The notes under the pieces were generated by a model. The model made no database searches. It had not been told where the DNA came from and worked only from the letters and a program-made list of their open reading frames with translations. A DNA stretch of 58,191 bases, the filler included, from Perkinsus olseni (Eukaryota), in NCBI GenBank assembly GCA_013115125.1. It is 4 parts of 4 records of this genome, joined end to end, with 100 filler letters (N's around TTAATTAATTAA, not from the genome) between each part and the next. Parts side by side here need not be neighbours in the genome. Positions count along the whole stretch, not along the records: positions 43,823 to 58,191 come from JABANN010000731.1; 3 more parts are not named here. One strand, 5' to 3'. This document shows positions 49,051 through 58,191 of this stretch, one piece after another (position 1 is the stretch's first letter; each line of letters opens with the position of its first letter). Position numbers and translations under genes: made by a program.

Positions 49051-50789
49051 CTTTCGTGATGTGCTCGGTACACGAGCCGTATGTGATATTTGATAAGAGT
49101 GGTTTTCACTCCTCCCACTCCTCAAGTTAGCCCCATCTTGAGTCTTCACGGGCCCTGCGTTTAATCATCGGTGAGTACTGTAGGGTAGCACCACAGCCAA
49201 GTGCCTAGAAGAGAAACCAATCCACTATCAATAATGCTTCATGACTATTGAAGTATGGCTAGAGGATATTCACGCTAAATGGACAGTGCTAGTACACTAC
49301 TGTTTAGCACATACTCTACAGTACATTAACCCAGCAATGGCAGCATGCCGGATCACTCGAGCCAATGGAGGATTTGACGGGCTTGGACCTGTTCAAGAAG
49401 TTTTGAAACACTCTTCCCGCGGTGTCGTTGATGGGAGCCTGTATCTTTGTTAGCATGCGTGACTGTAAGTTGATGGTAGGCTTATACTGCTTGCTTGGTG
49501 CAATTCGGAGCCTCGAGGCTTCTCCTACATACTACTGGACTATGTAGTTACCGTTTTGAGATACCGCTGAAATCACTCGCTAACCTCATGCAGCAAGTTG
49601 CTGCCAGCAACCCTTCTACACATTCCCATCACTCAAACCCAGTACGTACCTATTACTATATCAGCCGAAAACTGCGCTGATTCCTTGGTCAAACCCAATA
49701 CGTACCGCCGGCCCGTAGTACTAGATAAGTACCCTAGAACTATTCCTCTTGGGTCAACCCCTATGGCCCATAGTCTATGGGAGAATACCGTGTTAACTCC
49801 CACTAGCTGTATTGCCTACACAATCTGCCGAAGTAACTACACAACACTGACGCCACGGCCATCTTGGGTCTATCATGCCTGACTAAGTCTCTGGCGTCGA
49901 CATTAAAACCACACACAGATGAGTCGCAAATACGTTCCGATCACTACACAAGTCTGAGCGTGTATCGGGCTATTGATTGCGATAGAGGCAGGGTGAGCGA
50001 GAGCGTCCACCTAGTCTAGGAGAGCTTCAGCGGGCTCCAATTTGTCCACGGTGAGGCGCGCTTCATATGATTACGATCGTGCCTGAGCACACACTGGAGG
50101 GACAGGATTGCGTCCTGTTGGGAGCGCCTTGACCTGGTCACTCTTCGGCACACACTTCACGGAAGATCGTTGGTGAAGGAGTCCTACGAAGAGCATATCG
50201 AGGAGTTAAGCCCAATATGTTTCAACACGGAGCCATTCTTTCCTCCAAGCCTACTTGTGTTGATGCTGAAGGGAGGTTCTCCCGATCCTCATCCGATGGA
50301 GACGAGTAAAGGAAAAGCTTGTCCTCGGACGTGCGAGGGTTATGGCGGGGCTGCTGTTATGCCGTTCATAAATAAGGAACGCCCTGGATTATTGTGAATG
50401 CAGTGATGACGTGTCCATACACATATCGCTTACAGTCTGTAAGAAAGAAAATGCAACATGCAAAATGGAGCCACTGAGCCACAGGGCAAAGCAGCAGCAT
50501 CAGGCGACGATCGAAGCAACACTCAAATAGTCGCGCAGTGCTTCAGTTATTCGACCACCGTCCTGTCACGTGGCATAGTGGCCTCATTCTTGCATGTTGC
50601 ATAGTGGCCTCATCTCTGCATGAAGATACTTCAGCGTTTGTGTCGCGACTTTCGTCCAACCTCGAAGGCACCGATGTATCGAACACCTGCTGACTGCCCA
50701 ACACAACAAGTACTATTAAAACCTCATCCTCGTCACTTTCTTCTCACAAATAGAGTACTTAAAAATGCAGTTTGTCCATCAGAACAGTG

Positions 50790-52250
50790 TCACTTGACAT
50801 GAACAAAATCGTCAGCATCTTTAGCGTCGGCGGAGCGATGTCGTGTGGCGATATCTTTGTACGACGGACCATCACCGCTTGAGGCTGACACTGGGGACGC
50901 GGCTTCTCTTGGGACAAACTAAAGAGAACTTACATACACAATCGTCTCAGTAGGCATTCTTGAGACCATAGTTAGAGCAATAAATCCTCGGCGTCATCTC
51001 AACACTCTTGACACTTTCCATGGAGACTTCCCAGAACGATATACCAATTTTTTCATAAAACCTAGATGCTCTGAAGCATATAACACTTGAAATTTACTGA
51101 TGTAGGAAATATTGATAATACTGGAGATCGAGATTTTATTGACAATCTTTACCGGTGGACTTTCTATCCCGTGCAAAGAACATCGCAGCAGGAATCTTGG
51201 ACTCACCTCCCAATCTTCTTCGTCCCTCCTAAGAGCTGGGAACTTCTTCTGATACTCCTGCGCGGACATGGCAGGTCCGGAGTCCTCAGTGGTTGAATCC
51301 CTATCAGATCCTCCTCCCTCGCGACTTAGTTTCTGAACAACAATCTAGCATGAAGCCAGTGGACGGCCAGAGGCAGCCAGAATCGTGCATCTTGCTCTGG
51401 AGTGATTCATGAACGTGAAGCTTACCAAAAGCGCCTCGGCTGTGGCCTGCTTATCAAGGTTCGAACCGAGATACAAATCTTGTACTAACTCGGGGTCGAA
51501 ATTGGAGAACATATCTTTCAACTCGGCGAGATCCAACTCCAACCTGCTGCAACAGATAAGAAAGATGGTCTACATTGACCCTGCGGACTGACTTTGTCGC
51601 TGCTTTCTCCTGGTCCCGTTGGTCGCCCTCTTGTTGCGCCACTTCAATCTCAGCATCTTCATTTTGAAGGCCTTCGTACATCTTTTGCGACTCGGCAGCC
51701 AGGCGTCTGAATGCAAAAAAGTTGTGATATTCTGTATCTTGCAAGGCTGAACTCAAGATTCTTTTACCCATCGTTAGGACGATAATCTTCAACAACATCA
51801 GTGTAGTTCAGGCGAGGCCTCGCCGACTCCTTGCCTCGGCCCCTCCGCTTGTTACCTAGCAGAGAGAGGGGCAATACGATGCCATTTGGGGTATGCGAAT
51901 CGTCAACGAATAGCGTGTATTCCTATCAATGTCGATTTGACAGAACCTAAGACCATCGAGTACGAGGCTGATCCGGATGACGTAGATGCACTAGTCTGGT
52001 TGGAGCTAGTATTCCTGCACCTCGAAGTGACTCCCAGCGCGATGGTGCATCGACAAGAAGAAAATAATTCACCATCATTTCTACCACTACATACTAGTCT
52101 TCACTCAGTCAGTAAACGCTTATGTCCATCTTATGTCTTCACTCGACCCATTACGAGTCCAAGCATCCTCTTACTTTTCACTGGGCTTGAATCAACCTCC
52201 TTAGTATCTTCAGCCTCTTTAGAAGGAACCTCCTCAAAATCTGAATTCAT
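50790..52250 (-). CDS. CUE (ubiquitin-binding) domain protein, multi-exon
   Basis: DLAELKDMFSNFDPELVQDLYLGSNLDKQATAEALL; starts MNSDFEEV and ends DADDFVHVK*. Confidence 0.75.
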
Positions 52251-52339
52251 TTTGAATTAAATAACGCTTGTAACACTATTAAAGTGAAGCTAAACGTGGC
52301 AAGCCACTGTATCATCACTAGCGTCTCTAGTCTCTAGGG

Positions 52340-52374
52340 AAAGGTCCTAGGTTCGACTCCAGCACCCGGCATTT
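52340..52374 (+). pseudogene. tRNA 3'-half-like fragment between divergent gene starts
   Basis: aaAGGTCctaGGTTCGACTCCagcacccggcattt. Confidence 0.6.
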
Positions 52375-52423
52375 CTACTGCAATTATTTTTAGAATCGTT
52401 CGCGAAGTGCCACCATCACGACT

Positions 52424-55400
52424 ATGTCCAGCATTCACGAAGCAGCTGCTGCTGGAGACCACCGTCGTATCATGAGGATGGTCTACTCGGGTGAGGAGCG
52501 ACCTTTGCATTTCTTATCACAGAAACTATATTTTTTTTTCATCTGGCGCCAACTGTTTACGGATTTTTCAAGAAAGCAATCCGATAGTAGCGACATGGGG
52601 GCGTTACAGCATAGGCCTGATTCGCTGGTGGATCATGCGATTGAAGACTGATTCGCAGATGCGGGATTGAAGGTCGAAATGCGTCGATTTCTTCTAGCTG
52701 GCAAGGGCGCGTAGAAACTGACTGCGGTTTGCGGCAAAATGTATGCATCTTGATGAATCACGCAATCTTACTAAGTGTGATTGAATTTTTGCTCATGAAA
52801 GCAAAGCTTTAAAATTGGCAGTAGGTGAGGGATCTCCGGATCGACTCACGGTCACTTGCTCGCCTTGAGTCGGATAACTGTGCGTCCTTCTGTGGAGGCC
52901 CTTCATGATATGACCGAAGGAATCTTTCTTTGATCTCGACCTGACCGACATTCAATCACCCTTCGATCAGGTATGGATGTCAACTCTGTTGACGAGTATG
53001 GACGGACGCCTCTGCACGTGGCTGTACAGGAAAAGCAATTGGACGCGGTAGTGCCGAGGCGGTTCGTCTTCTCAGGAATCTCTTGCGGTCTTCTTTCGAT
53101 GTGTTGCTGAATTTTCGGGAGATTTATGGTATTAGAATGTGAGCATTCCCGTTCTCCTATCAGGTGAAAGCTCTAGTGATGTGTCGAGCTCGGGCAGACA
53201 TAAAAGATTCTCTCGGGAAATCTTGTGACCGATTGGCGGAAGAAGTCTGGTTCGAATTGAGTTCTCAGGGTGAGTGCTGGTCCATCACGGACTTTCCTTA
53301 ATAGTCCTTTGCTGAGCTTTCTGCTATAGAGTTTCCCGAAAATCAGTGGATTGATTCAGCTGAGTATGTCGTCCTCTGTGCTGGGCGCGCGTCAACTTCC
53401 GCCAGGGAGCACCTGATTGAGGCTCTCGAGTGTTGATTGCGAATCTGTCATTTTCTCATGGGTTCCCATTGTTTCCTTTCTTTAATTGCAGTGATTACTC
53501 AGCTTCGCCGCGCTCATACGGTAGCAGTTCCGTTCGGTGCCGTTGCTGGAGGCATTTAGTGGTTGAAGAAGATTCGTTTCTGCGGGGATTGGTCGCTCTC
53601 AGGTTGCCCTGAGAAAAGCAAGCTCGGTGAAAAGATACGCTATTTTGTAGCGCTTTATCCTGGGGGGAAGAGAGTTGCGGACACGAGGAAGATCATGATT
53701 CAGAATCAACATCTACCGCGATTTCCTCCATTCCTTCCTGCTAGTGGCCCGGAGGGTGAGAATCTTGCGGCTGCGCGAAAGCGATAAAGAGAAAAAATGC
53801 TTGATATGAGGTTCGAGCCATGGGCCCTTTGGTTGCAGGTCAGCCGCTCATCCGGAAGGCCATAATCATCGGGCAAGCGCACTATGAAGCGAACGGGCAG
53901 AGCATCCATCACGCCTTGGCCGATTCCCAAATAGTTGCACATCGTCTGAGTCGTATAGGGTATGATGTCACTGTAGGTATCAATTTGGAGACAGAGGAAC
54001 TGCGGAGGTATCTTCGAACCCTATACAGAGCGTGAATCAACTTAAGATACGCCTTAGATGCCTGATGGATGGACTTGATGAGCTGGAGCCCGGCCCTCTT
54101 CGACTGGTTATATATTTCATCGGTATGGTCGAGAGGAGAACCGATGCGGCCGGACGGAGGGAATCTTTGCTGTGCGGCGTGAACCGTCGGTAGTACATCA
54201 ATGGCGAATACGGTTTGCGGCCGATCGTGATTGAGAGATAGCATCTCGAGTCCCCTTCCCGGTTGAGAGTGTTGACGCAAGAATATCTTCTTACTCGCCC
54301 AGCCCTCGGTGAACCTCGAAGATGCCTGAAGATTTCTGTTGCAGATTTTCGCCTGCCCGAATGCCCGAGGACCTCGCTCTTGAGGAGTTACTCAAAACTC
54401 TGGAAGGGAAAATGAAATTCGGTTCGACTGCTCTGATGGTTGTTGATGCCACCAGGTGCGTCACTGCGCCACGAAATTAGCGCCGTCGGAGGTAGAACTC
54501 TTTTAGATCTTTCTCGACCGTTCCGGGAGGGCTTGAGCGAGGATCTCCGTCGTGTGGCGTCGTTACACCACCGATGGTCACGCACAGCGAAGGATTCTTG
54601 GATGCCGAGCAGGCAGCATTGGCGACTGTGCTCGGGAGAATACCGTCATCATCAATGGGGCTGAGGTCATGGTACTGCGGGAAGAAGAAGATATGTTTTT
54701 GTCAGGCGCCACGAAATTATGTAAGGCTGGAGAGTTTCTCAATTTTCAGCGTCGGCATGAACCAGTTTTCTCCGGACCGCAGCTTCCCCTCGGACTTCTA
54801 CAGTGGGGCCTCTGTCCGATCCGATTTAGACTACGTGGCATCATGCGGGCCTTATCCTGCTGAGGTAATCGATCACCTGATCGATTTTATCTGGGAGTAT
54901 CTTTCTGTCAGGTTGGAAGAGGTATTTCTTTGCTGTGCGCGCATCTACCAAATAAACTACTACCTGCAGAATTTTTCGAGCCTTTGTCAATGATTTTCTC
55001 GGACGGTCAGTATTCCTATTTCGCAATTTTCCTTACTTTGCTGCATTCAGAGTCGACTACATCCCTTCTAGCTCCGGAAAAGGCTCAGATTGACCGAATG
55101 GTGGAGCTCTCAGGAATCACCAGGAATTGCTCCGTGAAGGTGATAACCCTTGGAAGTTTGTCGGTGTATTGTCTGAGTCTCTGGTGGCCACGAGCTTGCT
55201 GCTGCGGGGTGTTGCTCGTCACTGTCCTTCAACAAGTTATTACGTTATTTATCCCATTCTTGTGTGACGGTGGCTAAGCTCGGATATTCCTGCGGAGTTT
55301 GTGTAGTATCCAAGCTTGAGCTGTATCAAACCAGGGTGGGGTATCTTTGTGAATATCGTATCATATTGGGCTTTCAGTCGAGGGAAACGCTCAGGAAGCG

Positions 55401-55728
55401 CAGCGCGAAGATTCTCAATTTGCCAGAAGATTCTCCCCCGGCTTCGATATTTGGAGTATGTTTAGACGCGGCTCTTGAAAAGTTTGCGGACGATTATGAA
55501 CGGGTAAAACTATCCGCATTTGGCTTGTAGTAACCCGTTGCCCTCAGGTGTGTACCGGTGTATCTGCTGACGTTAGTGAGGCTACCGGAAGAGTTCAGCG
55601 ACCTTGGTCACGGCTTGCCTGATTTTACCATGTTCTCAACTTCACGGTGTTCTCCAATTCTGATGCGCGTTTGTTCAGGAGGGCGGTGAAGAAGGGCTGC
55701 ATCGTTGTTCTCAGCTGGTCCCCATGAT
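52424..55728 (+). CDS. Ankyrin-repeat protein fused to a catalytically dead caspase-like (C14/paracaspase-type) domain; 3' end uncertain
   Basis: [35 protein letters not shown]; in-frame spliced link to [39 protein letters not shown] and LMVVDATR. Confidence 0.7.
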
Positions 55729-55792
55729 GGGCGAGTCCGGGTATGGGAGGATCTTGGATTTTTCCGCAGCCGGAAGATTTTTGGCGTCCTCG

Positions 55793-57822
55793 ATGGCCTT
55801 ACTCGCGTCCTCGCTGCTGTCGAACGTTTTCGGCGCTCCCTGCGAGTTGGACCTTCAAATCGATGCCGAGCCGGGCAGGAAGAAAGCGCCGGTTACTCGT
55901 GACAAAAAGGGAGAACTCGGATACATCTTTACTGTATTTGCGCACAGCGAAGGATTCAGGATACCTTTTCTATTGGCAGGATGGCGAGGACGTTTGTGGC
56001 ACGGCGACGGTCCGTCTGAAGGGCGACAAGCGGTTGGAGCATCAGGGAATCAGAGTCGAACTCATTGGGCAAGTTGGTAAGAAAGTGAGAGTTTGAATTT
56101 CTCCGGACCGGTTATTGGTTGCCTCGGGTTTGGTACTTGAGCTGTTATGTATCATCCTTGCTTCGACCTTAGATATGCTCTATGACCGATCGAGCTCGTA
56201 CGACTTCTTCTCGATCGCCAAGGATCTGGAGCCTCCGGGAGTCCTCACTGAAACTCGAAGCTACAAATGGAAGTAGTACTCCATTCTCATCTTCGGTGTG
56301 TTGCACACAACCCAGCGGAATACGTGTACACAGTCGCCGTTCCACCACTCCCTAGTGCGGTGACACTGTGTGTGTAGTGTCACCACTCCCTAGTGCGGTG
56401 ACACTGTGTGTGTAGTGTCANNNNNNNNNNNNNNNNNNNNNNNNNNNNNNNNNNNNNNNNNNNNNNNNNNNNNNNNNNNNNNNNNNNNNNNNNNNNNNNN
56501 NNNNNNNNNNNNNNNNNTGTGTAGTGTCACCACTCCCTAGTGCGGTGACACTGTGTGTGTAGTGTCACCACTCCCTAGTGCGGTGACACTGCGTGTGTAG
56601 TGTCACCACTCCCTAGTGCGGTGACACTGTGTGTGTAGTGTCACCACTCCCTAGTGCGGTGACACTGTGTGTGTAGTGTCACCACTCCCTAGTGCGGTGA
56701 CACTGTGTGTGTAGTGTCATCACTCCCTAGTGCGGTGACACTGTGTGTGTAGTGTCACCACTCCCTAGTGCGGTGACACTGTGTGTGTTGTGTCACCACT
56801 CCCTAGTGCGGTGACACTGTGTGTAGTGTCACCGCACCGTAGTGCGGTTCCATCACCACGGAGTGAAATTATCGACAACAGCCACTCTCCGGGAAGACGC
56901 GCGACGTGACGGATGGCCGGAGCGAGAATCGCCGAGTATGATTATCCCTCCCGCATCTCTCAGGTTCTCTTCGGTGGATAAAACGTGCGAGACTTATAAT
57001 GGAATCAATGTCCGCCTCCGATACTTAGTCCGACTGGTTGTGCAGAGGCCGTATGCGACGTAATAGTAAAGAATAGCTAGAGGTGTCAGAATAATGAGTC
57101 CATCAGGAATGTTTCCAAGGAGGTCGATTTTGCAGTGCAGCTTGTCCAGCCCCAGCCCGAAATGAATACCAGTATCAAAATGGAGGTAGGAGAAGGCAAC
57201 GGATCGGGCCATGAGATTTCCCCTGCAGGTCGGGATTGAAGATTGCCTTCACATCGAGTTTGAGTATTCCCAGTCGAAATTCAACCTGAAGGATGTCGTC
57301 GTTGGGAAGGTGTATTTCCTTCTGGTGAGGCTCAAAATAAAAGTAAGTGACGACGGTTTCAGTCGGCGCCAGGAATAGATGCTCGTTTGCAGCACATGGA
57401 GTTGGACATTATTCGTCGCGAGGTCACGGGCGCTGGTGCCGGCTCCAATCAACTCGGTGGTACAACAGATAATGAAACTGTCACCAAATTCGAGATTATG
57501 GATGGAGCACCAGTGAGAGGTAGTGAACTGTGAACTCGATGTATCGCTGCTGCACGCGGTTCACTAGCTTATTGAGTATCATCTGTTATTTCCTGCTCAG
57601 CCGAATGCATTCCAGTCCGCCTTTACCTGTCCGGGTTCGACCTCACCCCTACCTATAAAAATGTCCAGGTGGGCATGAGTACGAGCAGTGAAGTGGGTGA
57701 TTGTGTGGTTTCAGAATAAATTCTCGGTGAGATACTTTCTCAATTTGGTGTTGGTCGACGAAGAGGATCGGCGATACTTCAAACAGCAAGAGATCACGTT
57801 GTGGCGGAAGACTATTGGATGA
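55793..57822 (+). CDS. VPS26: Retromer subunit VPS26
   Basis: [91 protein letters not shown]. Confidence 0.97.
56343..56833. repeat. 38-bp hairpin-containing minisatellite inside a VPS26 intron
   Basis: Unit caccactccctagtgcggtgacactgtgtgtgtagtgt; at least 10 copies visible around an N gap. Confidence 0.95.
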
Positions 57823-57918
57823 ACGATTCTCTTCTTGCGTGGGATGGTAATACTGTTTCCTTGAGAGTAGCTGTTGGATTGGTTAGTTGGGTGGTTATGA
57901 TGAGGGTGGCTCCACATA

Positions 57919-58000
57919 CGACACCTGAGGGATTCGAACCCTCGCGGGCAGAGCCCAACGGCCTAGCAGGCCGCCGCCTTAACCACTCGGCCAAAGTGTC
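57919..58000 (-). tRNA. tRNA-Ser(GCU)
   Basis: GACACTT-TGGCCGAGTGGTTAAGGCG-GCGGC-CTGCTAG-GCCGT-long variable arm-GAGGGTTCGAATCCCTC-AGGTGTC-G; full cloverleaf, 82 nt. Confidence 0.95.
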
Positions 58001-58088
58001 CGTGGGTTGAGGTTCTGGGGTCAGCTGTCACGGGAGAGCTGAACTTACTTATTTAGTGACTGCACTGCTTTCCCTCAGAATAAAGAGC

Positions 58089-58191
58089 ATGTGGCAGCTT
58101 CGTCGACAGCTGCTCGGACACTTGGTGGACCACTTTATACTGGTCGAGGGTGAGTGTACATTCCAAGGCGCGCGGAGAAAGCAGCTCTACT
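58089..58191 (+). CDS. Probable glycosyltransferase family 17 (MGAT3-like) protein, partial
   Basis: MWQLRRQLLGHLVDHFILVEGECTFQGARRKQLY resembles the GT17 motif VDxFVxVESxxTFxGxxKxLY. Confidence 0.5.
   Translation, partial: MWQLRRQLLGHLVDHFILVEGECTFQGARRKQLY

Noticed and set aside
56343-56833. Possible CRISPR array (palindromic ~38-bp repeats)
   Set aside because: The units abut with no unique spacers, the locus is a eukaryotic intron, and there are no cas genes.
57801-58010. Short ORFs over 57801-58010
   Set aside because: They are translations of the tRNA-Ser gene and the VPS26 3' flank.

Overview
Eukaryotic, intron-dense DNA, most consistent with a perkinsid alveolate (Perkinsus-like). 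The evidence is ~35-60 nt GT-AG introns with weak donors, a Perkinsus-type secreted DTG aspartic protease and a relic of the Perkinsus spliced leader. The window joins several contigs (N gaps, three with TTAATTAATTAA linkers), so long-range distances are not reliable. Housekeeping blocks contain PKA catalytic subunit, a LisH-WD40 protein, an acylated acidic-repeat protein, partial ArgRS, a ChAPs/exomer-like protein, a VTT/TMEM41-type protein, a CUE protein, an ankyrin-pseudocaspase fusion, VPS26 and tRNA-Ser(GCU). These alternate with TE-rich blocks: a tyrosine recombinase relic, two TIR elements, a LINE with RNase H, a MULE transposase, satellites and decayed tRNA-Leu copies. The strongest unexplained pattern is that small introns and UTRs of unrelated genes carry recurrent 17-45 nt pieces matching tRNA T-arms/3' ends, a conserved 28S rRNA stretch and other shared motifs. 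Intergenic DNA also carries chains of perfect palindromes with a 1-nt centre. Together these suggest a templated (possibly RNA-templated or snap-back) insertion process shaping introns; this is inference and untested. All gene models were assembled by eye.
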